DNA from: a virus
Length of the DNA stretch: 64,000 bases
IMG/VR virus record: IMGVR_UViG_3300005825_000057
Coordinates: 37,534-101,533 of that record
Reading direction: 5' to 3' (one strand)
A program made the position numbers and the translations under genes. The notes below the pieces were generated by a model. That model did not search any database. It saw only the letters and a list, made by a program, of their open reading frames with translations, and was not told the DNA's origin. The first letter of the stretch is position 1. Each line of letters begins with the position of its first letter. Positions 26,516-35,865 of the stretch are shown here, piece after piece.

Positions 26516-26597
26516 GGCCTCGTGGTGAAATTGGCATACACGCAAGTCTTAGGAACTTGTGCCGCAAGGCGTGTGGGTTCGAGTCCCACCGAGGCCA
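26516..26597 (+). tRNA. tRNA-Leu(UAG)
   Basis: Canonical class II, CAAGT-CTTAGGA-ACTTG. Confidence 0.95.
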
Positions 26598-26616
26598 CTT
26601 TAATTTGGAGAATATT

Positions 26617-26997
26617 TTGAAAGAGCCATCTCAACAGTCTGTTGCCAAAATCGAAAAATATGTTGAGAAGTATTGGGAAAAGTCAGGAACGTCTCCGCAT
26701 CCTGATAAAGAAGTTACAGAAGCTGTTGTAACTGGATTGGCACATCATTTAGAAGTTCTAGGGCGTCCACTTTGTCCTTGCAACTTTTATCCTGACAAGC
26801 AAGCAGAAGTTGAGCGAAGTCGTGAATGGTTTTGTGCCTGCGATGAAATGAAAAAATATAAATATTGCCACTGCTTGCTTTTTGTAACCCCCGAAGGGTT
26901 GCCCATCACCGAATACTTGCCAGAAGATCATGAAGGCAAGCAAATTTATGGTGAAGTCAAAGACCCCACTCCAAACAAGGGGCGTGAAGGCAAATAA
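26617..26997 (+). CDS. Ferredoxin-thioredoxin reductase catalytic subunit-like
   Basis: RPLCPC, WFCAC, YCHCLLF; GGAG SD before TTG. Confidence 0.88.
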   Translation: MKEPSQQSVAKIEKYVEKYWEKSGTSPHPDKEVTEAVVTGLAHHLEVLGRPLCPCNFYPDKQAEVERSREWFCACDEMKKYKYCHCLLFVTPEGLPITEYLPEDHEGKQIYGEVKDPTPNKGREGK

Positions 26998-27002
26998 TCG
27001 CC

Positions 27003-27031
27003 TTTACAATCAAATTTTTCTGTGGTAGAAT
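27003..27031 (+). promoter_or_regulatory. Phage early-type promoter
   Basis: TTTACA-N17-TAGAAT with TGTGG. Confidence 0.75.
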
Positions 27032-27037
27032 CCGGGC

Positions 27038-27352
27038 ATGAGGTTCGCATTCTTACCTTTAAAACATTTGCAAGAAGTTCTCGCTCTTACGGAAGAGCGA
27101 CGGAGCAAGATGTTTATACAGGTAATCATGCATCACCACGAACTAATTGGTGTGACGGGGAACTTTGAAGTTATCAAAGTTCCTGTTTCTTTTTTTACAC
27201 CGTCCGGGGATGGAACAACCCCGGATTTTAACGATGTTCGTATTGATGATTATGGCCATACGGTTTGTTTTGGTATTTATGAGGCCGCTACCGATGCCAT
27301 AATTGAGTTTTCCCACACTTCCCTTAATGGAGATTGCGACAATGGCAACTAA
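27038..27352 (+). CDS. DUF2442-like protein
   Basis: TPDFNDVRIDDYGHTVCFG. Confidence 0.5.
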   Translation: MRFAFLPLKHLQEVLALTEERRSKMFIQVIMHHHELIGVTGNFEVIKVPVSFFTPSGDGTTPDFNDVRIDDYGHTVCFGIYEAATDAIIEFSHTSLNGDCDNGN

Positions 27353-28073
27353 ACTTGCGAAACCTGTTACACGAGTCATTAACGTAAAAGATTTGAACGG
27401 CACTGAGGGGGAAATCTCCGTTACAATCAGTGCAAAAGGTGTTCAATTCATTAAGGGACGCCGAAAACTCGATGTGGTTCCTTGGGAAGAAGTTGGTAAA
27501 TTGACTCATCTTCCTTTGAATGCTCCCGCCCGATTTTCTGGAAACAATTTAGGATGGCTCGTTGAGTTGTCCAAAGATAAAGATGAAGACGGTTCGTCGC
27601 CTGTTGTGGCTACATCGCCGGAACCGCCTGTTTTGCCGCCATCCACTGCTCCTGATCCTCTTGAACAAGTGGCTACAAATGAATGAAGTTGCACCCGAAG
27701 GTCAAGTGTGGGTTTGTTTAGCCTGCGGGAAAATGTCCAAAGATAAATATGGGGATCAAAAAATAAGTTGGGGCTGGGACGCATCTTGTATGCTTAATTC
27801 TGCGTTATTCAAAGAATCTAATTTGGTTATTGACAACAATCAAGTTGTCAAAATATTAGCAGAAGAGAAAGATAATGCTGAACAAGGTGAGAATCGCAGT
27901 AGCGATGAATGAATACGGTCAATGGGCCGCTTATGGAGAGTATCAAACACAAGATGCTCAAGCTAAAGAAGAAGCCTTGGGAAATGTCCCACAGGGCGAT
28001 TGTGCCGTGGGAGTTTATTTTGTAGAAGCTGATATTGTTCCGCCCAAACCACCAACCGTGAAAGGTAATGTAA

Positions 28074-28637
28074 ATGGCGAAGAAGAAGCAGCCAGTTAGT
28101 GGCGTGGACCTGACTAATTTGAGCCTTGAACAACTTAAATTGCTTCAAGGCGAAATCTTCCAAAAAACTGAAAAGTTATTGGAAGATCAACATGAGAATT
28201 CTTTGGCCGAAGCCAAGCAATCTGGCCGCTTTCAAGAATTGAAAGATCAGGCCAAGGCATTGCGAAAAGAACTTCGTCTTTTGGCAAAGGGTGGGCAATT
28301 TGAACTTGTTTTGCCAATTCGTTTTTCTTTTAAAGGCGAAATCAACGATTCCAATCCTTTTGATCCGACGCAATATGATGACGCCTATGGAACATTGGAC
28401 ATTGGAGATTTTGTCAATTTTGAATTTAAGGCCAAACTTGATACTTCAAAATTGAACAAAAGTCAATCTGCTTTACTTAACGATGTTGTGAATGATTATG
28501 CACAAGATGCTTGTGAGGATATTTGGCATCTTGTTCCTGAAAACATGCTTGTATTGATGAACGACTGGCAAAAGCGATTTGATACTTTCATCAAGGAATT
28601 TAAAGCCGAAGGCTTTAAACCAGAAGATTTTCAATGA
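28074..28637 (+). CDS. Hypothetical coiled-coil protein
   Basis: 187 aa within a run of small overlapping + strand ORFs. Confidence 0.65.
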   Translation: MAKKKQPVSGVDLTNLSLEQLKLLQGEIFQKTEKLLEDQHENSLAEAKQSGRFQELKDQAKALRKELRLLAKGGQFELVLPIRFSFKGEINDSNPFDPTQYDDAYGTLDIGDFVNFEFKAKLDTSKLNKSQSALLNDVVNDYAQDACEDIWHLVPENMLVLMNDWQKRFDTFIKEFKAEGFKPEDFQ

Positions 28638-28875
28638 GCGAAGAACAACCAGTATTGAATTTCGACAAGCCAGTAATCTATCGGGATTTAATGGAATATT
28701 ATCCCGATAGTGATGGTCCTCGTGGGCGATACCACGCTTGTGAAGTCTGCGAGAAGGGCATTATTCCGGGCTTTCGCAATACGGAATCCCCGTTTAATGT
28801 CTTGCACGATCAAAATTGTATTGGGTGTGGTCAACGCTATCATTTCAAAAATTTGGGTATATTTGAAAGGCCCGG

Positions 28876-29118
28876 TTGGTAATGATAGAAATCCCTTATG
28901 GCGATTGGATTACCGCCATTTTGACCGTGACTTACATTCAATGTTTAGCGATGAAAAAGTGGTGGGGATGGCCTATCGCTTTGGTCGCTCAAACATTTTG
29001 GATTTACATTACGTTACAAAAAGAACTATATGGACTCACCATTCTATCCGTTGTTTTAACATTCCAATTTATCTACGGATGGTACAATTCGGGAGCTAAA
29101 AATGAGGTTGAGCGGTGA
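28876..29118 (+). CDS. Small PnuC-like membrane protein
   Basis: Three hydrophobic segments, KKWWGWP..YGWYN. Confidence 0.5.
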   Translation: MVMIEIPYGDWITAILTVTYIQCLAMKKWWGWPIALVAQTFWIYITLQKELYGLTILSVVLTFQFIYGWYNSGAKNEVER

Positions 29119-29974
29119 AGAAAAATATTTTGTATGCGGTGTTTTGAAAAATAATGGTTTGCTTACCGGCTATACAAATGCGACTTGTCCTCTACATGCA
29201 GTAAGAATGCTTTGTGCCGCAAGAGGAATTACCGTAACTGAACTTGAAAGCTGGTCTTCTCACAATATTCGTATGTTTAACGATGCCAATGTTGAAGTTC
29301 CCACTTTTCACATGGTAGAAGCATGACTACTGACGAAGATTATTTGCGAAGAATGGCTGAGCGTGATTTACTCATGATTGAGGAAGGTCACGATATTGAA
29401 ACGTGTGGTATGTGTTATCATGCTTTTCTGTGGTCCGAAGTCGCCCGTGAAATGGTAGAAAAAGGCGATTTTGAAAATGGCATTTCTCGCTGGTCAGATG
29501 AAACCAGACGACGCTGGGAACAAACTAAATTCTTTAAATTATGGCAAGAAGAATCTGCGGCTGGTCGTGACCCACACAAAGCATTCGAGAATAAGGGATG
29601 GGAACCATGATGATTCCTCAAATCTATTGTATGATGAATAGTGGCAAGCCTTTGACGGATGAAGTTCGTCAAGTTCTTCTCATTAACGCCTGTGATATGG
29701 CCGAAATGGGAAATGAACAACAAAAGGTTAAGGGCCGAAGATACGAAGGTATTATCAAATCTAACTTGGAATCACTGTCTTACGCTGGGCTTAGCATAGT
29801 CATGTTTGAGGCCGACGTTATTTGTCCAGATATTGGGCCAACCAAAGTTCGATATGGTGTTCGTACTCAAGACCTAGATGAAGGTTTGCTTGCCCTTGGG
29901 AAGTGGGGTTCGCTTGCTGAATATATGGCCGCATGTGGTTATGAATCGCAGCGATTTAATCCTGAGTTGAACTA

Positions 29975-30256
29975 ATGACCAGATTGATGTATATTGAGAA
30001 TAAAGTAACAGGGGAAGCCCATATTGGGTTTGTTACTTTTTCAAAAACATACAAGACTGTTTATTACAAAGATAAAGAGCTTGCTAGAATTCCTAAAGGT
30101 GGAATCACCGGCAATCATTATGATGTAAAAACAGGCGAAGAGTATTGGATTTCTGGCCCCAAAAAACGGGGCGGTGATCGCTCCTACGAGCCAATTAACC
30201 TAATCATTGATGAAGATGCACGGGAAGAATATGAGCAACTTAAAAATAAAGCGTAA
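29975..30256 (+). CDS. Hypothetical protein
   Basis: MYIENK..TGEEYWISGPKKRGGDR. Confidence 0.65.
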   Translation: MTRLMYIENKVTGEAHIGFVTFSKTYKTVYYKDKELARIPKGGITGNHYDVKTGEEYWISGPKKRGGDRSYEPINLIIDEDAREEYEQLKNKA

Positions 30257-30521
30257 TTGTTTTTGTTGCGAAAAATCTATTGGACATGCTGGCCCTACGG
30301 ACGGCAAAGATAGTATCAGCAATCCACCAGATGATGCGACTTATTGGCAGACTCTCGGCAATTACGGCAGTACCGTATTTGATGGGGGAGAATTTACGGG
30401 CGAGCGTTTAGAAATGTTCGTTTGTGATTCTTGTTTAAAAGAAAAGGCTCATCTTGTTTATCATTATCGAGTTGTGCAACCTGTCGTTGTTGTTGAAGAT
30501 TTGAAAATATTTGATCCTCAT

Positions 30522-30798
30522 GGGTAGTTGGCTTAGAAGCAGCCATCTTTAATGAGTAACCGCCGTGTGGGAGTCTGCCTGCCTTCGGGCTAGTCCTTTG
30601 AGAACCATTAACTCCGTATAGGGCACCATTTAATTTATTTTGGTTGAGTAGTTCACTACGGGATAATTTGGCCACCGAAAGGGATCAATTTATCACTGAA
30701 ATATTTTAATTGAACCCTGCTCAAAGGAAGATGGGGAGTAACGGCTTAAAAAATCTCCTGTTAATGGCATGTGTAGTTTTTGGCGTAACAGCACGCCC
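30522..30798 (+). ncRNA. 23S rRNA H43/H44 (L11-binding domain) mimic RNA with structured insert
   Basis: GTTGGCTTAGAAGCAGCCATC at 30527-30547 and GCGTAACAGC at 30783-30792; closing GGGT/GCCC. Confidence 0.75.
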
Positions 30799-30810
30799 AG
30801 AGGTTTAAAT

Positions 30811-31560
30811 ATGTTTTTTTGGCCAAAATCAGCAGAACAATATCTAAACCCAATTCTAATTGCGCCAATAGAATGGCTAAGAGATGAATCGTTTGTTGAA
30901 ACTTTAATTTCAAACTGTGGGATCAATGCGGAGTATCAACTTCTTGAGTCTATTGGTATAAGTGATCGGGCTATGCCACAATATTTTGATGTCGATAAAG
31001 GAATGAGATTGTGGCAGTATCCAAAACAGTTTGCAAAATATCTTGTTTGGCTAAGTGATAAAAAGATTGAATCCTATCTTGAAATAGGCACGAGATATGG
31101 GGGTACATTTTTGGTAACGGTTGCTTATTTATCTCGTTTCAATCCGATAAAAGCTATAGCAGGAGTTGACCTTCTTGTAAGCGAAGAATTGTCTCTTTTT
31201 TCTCAAGAAAATATTGAATTTAGATATTTGGTTACCTCTACAGAAAGTGTAGAGTTTGCAGAATTGATTTATTCTCGGCAATGGGATTTAGTTTTTGTAG
31301 ATGGCGATCATTCAAATCCAATACTTCAAAATGATTTGGAGCTTGCTAAGAAAAATTCTCGTTTTGTTGCTTTACACGACATCGTGGATATGGGTTGTCC
31401 GCATGTAATGGAACTATGGCAATCTTTGAAAAAACAATATCAAAATGTAGAATTTATTGAACAATATACGGAGGTTTTTAACCGAACAGGTAAAAATCAT
31501 TTAGGAATTGGAATAGTCGATCTAAACAGAGGTTTAAAATGGATGAATCCTGTGGTATAA
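30811..31560 (+). CDS. Class I SAM-dependent methyltransferase
   Basis: YLEIGTRYGGT, DLVFVDGDHS, LHDI. Confidence 0.85.
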   Translation: MFFWPKSAEQYLNPILIAPIEWLRDESFVETLISNCGINAEYQLLESIGISDRAMPQYFDVDKGMRLWQYPKQFAKYLVWLSDKKIESYLEIGTRYGGTFLVTVAYLSRFNPIKAIAGVDLLVSEELSLFSQENIEFRYLVTSTESVEFAELIYSRQWDLVFVDGDHSNPILQNDLELAKKNSRFVALHDIVDMGCPHVMELWQSLKKQYQNVEFIEQYTEVFNRTGKNHLGIGIVDLNRGLKWMNPVV

Positions 31561-31704
31561 TCGAAGTGTGTGAAGGCTGTAAAAAGCACCCGGTCGAATA
31601 TGACGCTCCGGGCAATTGGTGTCGTTTCTGTTGGGTTGATTGGTGGCACGAAGACGACGATGCCGAAGGCAAACAAGAAACATTGAAAGAAATTGAGGAA
31701 AAAT

Positions 31705-32250
31705 ATGGACCCGTTCAAACCTCTTGATCTTCTCAATCAATATCTTGAAGACGATACCATCTTCAATCTTTTGCAAGATCGAAGTAATTGGGACAGCTTG
31801 ATTGTCAATCGTCGTAAACCCCATACATATCGAGTTTTCACTTATGTTGGGGAAAACAGAATTTGTTTGCATCGGTTTGATGTGTGTGATTTACACGAAT
31901 CGTTTGACCACCCGCATCCTTGGCCGGGAGCCTTTTTGCTTTTGAAAGGTTCTTACCGAATGAGATTAGGACGATCCCCAGACCGAGAATCACCGCCTGT
32001 AGCGGTTGCCGATCTTGTTTTAACTGAGGGGTCCGCTTACGAAATTTCTGATCCTTTGACGTGGCATTCGGTTACGCCGCTAGAAACAACATATACGATT
32101 ATGTTGAATGGTCCTACATGGGCAAAAGACGTTGCTCACAAAGATGTACGGACTACAAAAGGCAAAGATTTGGACAAAATGCCAGAAGATGAATTACTTG
32201 CTCATTTAAAAGTTTTCTCAGACTTGGAAATGGGATTTGGGCGAGACTAA
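31705..32250 (+). CDS. Cupin-like protein
   Basis: LHRF..DHPHPW..WHSV. Confidence 0.6.
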   Translation: MDPFKPLDLLNQYLEDDTIFNLLQDRSNWDSLIVNRRKPHTYRVFTYVGENRICLHRFDVCDLHESFDHPHPWPGAFLLLKGSYRMRLGRSPDRESPPVAVADLVLTEGSAYEISDPLTWHSVTPLETTYTIMLNGPTWAKDVAHKDVRTTKGKDLDKMPEDELLAHLKVFSDLEMGFGRD

Positions 32251-32335
32251 GGAGATTATAGGCATACGAGAGGGGTTTATAGTTACCCGTTGTCGTTCCT
32301 GCTTATATGTGTTGGTTCGATTCCAGCCTTGCCCA
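32239..32335 (+). ncRNA. tRNA-like RNA carrying a sarcin-ricin-loop-like hairpin
   Basis: GGGCGAG/CTTGCCC-A acceptor, GTTGG-TTCGATT-CCAGC T arm, TATAGGC-ATACGAGAGGG-GTTTATA. Confidence 0.55.
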
Positions 32336-32500
32336 CTGAAAAAGCTATTCACAAAATCGACAAAAGTGCATTGAATATAGGGGTTTTTGTCGATTTTAGC
32401 TATTCAAAAAGCTATTCGGAAATCTATTTATCAATCTGTTCTTGATTGACTCAATATATCTTCCTAGAATAAACGAGGTTTATTATTCTAGGAGATTCTA

Positions 32501-33748
32501 ATGCTTAATTACCGAGTTTCTGATTCAGGGTATCCTGTATATCATATTCAAATGAAAGATGCCTCTGTTTGTGAGGCACACATTGTAGCAAACTGTGGTT
32601 CTTCTCACGAAGAAGATGATTCTTGGGGTGTTGCCCACTTTTTAGAACATATGTGCTTTCAAGGCACTCCCACAAAAAACAAACATCAAGTGAGTCGAGA
32701 GCAGTCTAAAGTTGGCTCGTATAATGCTTATACAAATCAATTTAATACTGTATATCATTTTGATGCATTAAACGAAGATTTTGAACGAGGGTTTTCGCTT
32801 TTAAAAGAAGCGGTTTTTGACTCTTGTTATCCAGAAAAAGAATTTGAAAAAGAAAAAAGTGTAATTATCGAAGAATGGCGAATGTACGATAATTACCCAA
32901 CGGAACATTTTTTTGATTATTTAACAGATAAATGTTACGGGCCAACAGAAGGTCATCCTATTATCGGAACAGAGGATTCAATCAAGGGAATGAATCCTGA
33001 AAAATTACATCGTTTCCGAAATAAGTGGTATGGAAAAAACAATGTATTTGTTGTTGTTGTTGGCAATCTTGAATTTGACAAAGTAATGGATGTTGTCAAT
33101 CGAACATTGCCGCCTGCTCCTGATGTAGAAACCAGTCCGGTTTGTTTGACTAATTACTATGCAGATCAATCCAAGTATGTTTTTGAAACAAGTCGTTTTG
33201 AACAAGCTGCTTTTGGATTGGTTGGTAAATGGCCGTCTGCAAAAAATGCCTTCGAGGATTGGGCGGTAGCGAACTTTTTCTCGTCTGCGTTGTCCAAGTA
33301 TATGTATGAGTACATCCGAGATGATCTTGGACTTTGTTATGGCGTGTGGAGCTATCGTCATCGGCATTTTGACAATGTGAACAACATTGCTTTCATGTTG
33401 ACCAACAATGGTTACTTGGAAAAGGCCGAAACAGAGTTGCACAATTTGTTTGAGAAGGTAAAATCAGAAGGATTCCCAGACGAACTTTTTGAAATTTCCA
33501 AGAAACAACAGACTTACAACCAAGTTAAAGTTTTGGATAATGTGCATGGCGTTGCAAGTTCTATTGTGCATGGCGTTTTGAGTTGCGGCGACAAGAGTTG
33601 GTTTTTAAATGAGGGTCACAAGGCTATGGACCCAGCGTGGCTAAAACAAGCTGCCGCCAAATTGACTCAGGATAATCTCAAAGAATTTGCCAACAACTGG
33701 CTGAATGATTTTACTAAGTTTGCGATGGTGTCAACCAAGGTGAAGTAA
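32501..33748 (+). CDS. M16 (pitrilysin-family) zinc peptidase
   Basis: GVAHFLEHM, NAYT, EKSVIIEE, IRDDLGLCY. Confidence 0.93.
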   Translation: MLNYRVSDSGYPVYHIQMKDASVCEAHIVANCGSSHEEDDSWGVAHFLEHMCFQGTPTKNKHQVSREQSKVGSYNAYTNQFNTVYHFDALNEDFERGFSLLKEAVFDSCYPEKEFEKEKSVIIEEWRMYDNYPTEHFFDYLTDKCYGPTEGHPIIGTEDSIKGMNPEKLHRFRNKWYGKNNVFVVVVGNLEFDKVMDVVNRTLPPAPDVETSPVCLTNYYADQSKYVFETSRFEQAAFGLVGKWPSAKNAFEDWAVANFFSSALSKYMYEYIRDDLGLCYGVWSYRHRHFDNVNNIAFMLTNNGYLEKAETELHNLFEKVKSEGFPDELFEISKKQQTYNQVKVLDNVHGVASSIVHGVLSCGDKSWFLNEGHKAMDPAWLKQAAAKLTQDNLKEFANNWLNDFTKFAMVSTKVK

Positions 33749-34371
33749 TGTGGTGTCAAGAGGAAGATGTTTGTATCGACTGGCTAGGATGGGCTGGTCG
33801 AACAAAAACATATCCTAAACGAATGCGATGCGAGAAATGTGGTAAAAGATTTCTCACATTTGTTCGTGAATGCCACGATCCCGGTTGTCTTCATCTTTAT
33901 TTTCCAAAACATAAAGTGAAGAAGAAAATACCAAAGCAAAAAACTAGACATGAGAAATCAGTACGAGGCCGACCATGTTAAAAATGGGAGGGTTGATTTG
34001 CGATGGGTGTCGTGTTATAATCGACGCCAATCAACACATCCAAGTGCGGGGGAAAAGAAGGATGCTTGATTTTTGTGATGTTTGCGCTAAAAAAAGGAAT
34101 GACCCCCATGCCCGAATATCTAGCAACCGTTTTTATATCGGAAGCCAAAGGCAAAAAGATTGTAAAGATTAACGCTCCGTCTTATTCTGATGCGGAAAAA
34201 GAAGCCCTTTCTATGATAACTAAGAAGGGGAAGATTTTGAAACTCGAAAGAATTGGCGACTTCCTCAACACTGTTTCCTCAAGTCGAAAGTAAAAAGGTG
34301 ATTTATGTGCAATTTTAATTCCTTCCGTAAAAGTATCGAGCTTCGCTGGTACTTTCATTACGGAGGGATTT

Positions 34372-34659
34372 ATGAAGAGATGGCATCAAGAGATGCACAT
34401 CACGTTGCGTGAGTGGAAAAAACACCGCAAATCGCACGTTGATAGCAACAAGTCTCGCAATAGAGTGGGTGTTTCCGCTTATGTTGTAGACTGTGAGTGT
34501 GACGAACAAAAAGGACGCTTTCGCAAGAAAGACGCTTGGGATTGCGGAAATCCTAGATGCTTTGTCTGTCATTCGGATAAGTTTCCAAAACGGGATAAAA
34601 CCTATCAGGAAATCAAAGCCGAAATGAAGATGAGGGAACAGATTGAGGATTTGGGTTAA
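34372..34659 (+). CDS. Basic Cys-containing small protein
   Basis: GRFRKKDAWDCGNPRCFVCH; GGAGG SD. Confidence 0.65.
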   Translation: MKRWHQEMHITLREWKKHRKSHVDSNKSRNRVGVSAYVVDCECDEQKGRFRKKDAWDCGNPRCFVCHSDKFPKRDKTYQEIKAEMKMREQIEDLG

Positions 34660-34664
34660 GACCA

Positions 34665-34693
34665 AGCCCCGGAGAAATCCGGGGCTATTTTTT
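34665..34693 (+). terminator. Intrinsic terminator
   Basis: AGCCCCGGA-GAAA-TCCGGGGCT then T-rich run. Confidence 0.85.
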
Positions 34694-35350
34694 TGGTGGG
34701 TCCGCAAATCCCATTCTTTGATTGAATTTTCTTAAATACAAAGGACATTCAATTAAGTTGTGTCGTAGTCTAATGTCCATTACATCTAATACTTCTTTCA
34801 ATTTGATTTCATCATATTTATCTGGATCAAATATTTTGATTATATTTTCCAAGTGATGTGCTGGTCTGTTCAAGAAATCATAATATTCCAAGAAATAGGC
34901 TTGAGGATTGTTGTTATAAATTAACCATTTTTGAATAAATCCATGATAATAATCACGTTTTTCATTGCAAAAACTTTTGAATTCTTCGACTTCTTTTTCA
35001 AGAAATTTTTTCAACTCATCTTCTGGAACTCGCTCGTTTCTGCCAAATATTCCTTTCATACGCAAGTTTCTATACATTGCATTTAATGTTGATTGTGCGT
35101 CTTTTCTGTATTGAATAATATAAGGCATATCCATATCAGTAGGCAAATATGGCATCACTTCTGTTTCATGAATATTGCCGTGCATAGCAATATCATGATT
35201 TTTTTGAAAATCTGCATTCAATGGGCAATTTAGTTCTTTGCAGCAACCATAAAAATTGCAATATTTAAAATCGTCAAAATAACGAGTTAAACAATTAACC
35301 AAAAGGTGATGGCCGGTTCTTGGAATTGATACTGATTGAACTTTTTTCAT
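34685..35350 (-). CDS. Sulfotransferase-like protein
   Basis: SIPRTGHHLL PAPS-loop-like motif, IIQYR, LEYYDF. Confidence 0.6.
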   Translation of the reverse strand: MKKVQSVSIPRTGHHLLVNCLTRYFDDFKYCNFYGCCKELNCPLNADFQKNHDIAMHGNIHETEVMPYLPTDMDMPYIIQYRKDAQSTLNAMYRNLRMKGIFGRNERVPEDELKKFLEKEVEEFKSFCNEKRDYYHGFIQKWLIYNNNPQAYFLEYYDFLNRPAHHLENIIKIFDPDKYDEIKLKEVLDVMDIRLRHNLIECPLYLRKFNQRMGFADPPKK

Positions 35351-35403
35351 ACATTATTTAGCTTCGGCCAAATTAAAAGCCCCGGATTTCTCCGGGGCTT
35401 TCT

Positions 35404-35736
35404 TTATCTCAAAGTGCCTTTGTTTAGATAAGACTCTTTAATTGGTTTATGCATAGGCTTAAATACCTTTTTGTAAACAACAATAAAGTCTTGATCTTTG
35501 TCAACGGCTCGTTTGATAATCTCGGTTAAAGCAGACCAACTTTTTTCTGTAAAAATGGTTTGTCCGCTATTCAAGTGAATAATACTGCCGCCTGTAGAAC
35601 TTGTTTCTACATATTCAATAGCATCAACAGATACCATTACGCCGACTGTTTTTTCAGGAAGATTGAAATCAACAGCTTTTGCTGGCGAGGCCATCATTGC
35701 CAACCCTAAAACACAACTTACCAAAATTTCTTTCAT
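35404..35736 (-). CDS. Secreted hypothetical protein
   Basis: Signal peptide ending AKA. Confidence 0.6.
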   Translation of the reverse strand: MKEILVSCVLGLAMMASPAKAVDFNLPEKTVGVMVSVDAIEYVETSSTGGSIIHLNSGQTIFTEKSWSALTEIIKRAVDKDQDFIVVYKKVFKPMHKPIKESYLNKGTLR

Positions 35737-35865
35737 TTTGCTTGTCCCTGTTGGGCAGTCCTTATTGACTGCGGAAGTAATAGTAGATGTCCAAATGTCA
35801 AGATCAAGTAAAAAGTATCGAAAATCTTAAAATAAAACCTAGAGCTTATCTGAATAGATAAATCC

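Noticed and set aside
22391-26567. ORFs overlapping tRNA genes (e.g. 22654-22956, 23576-23818, 25411-25713, 25463-25750, 26340-26567)
   Set aside because: Translations of tRNA sequence on either strand, not credible proteins.
30527-30547. 23S rRNA gene or host contamination
   Set aside because: Only H43 and H44 segments match; flanks are phage-type ORFs and the insert does not resemble rRNA.
30556-30782. Group I intron inside the rRNA-like element
   Set aside because: I could not find recognisable P7/R-S core sequences; not called, but not excluded without a covariance search.
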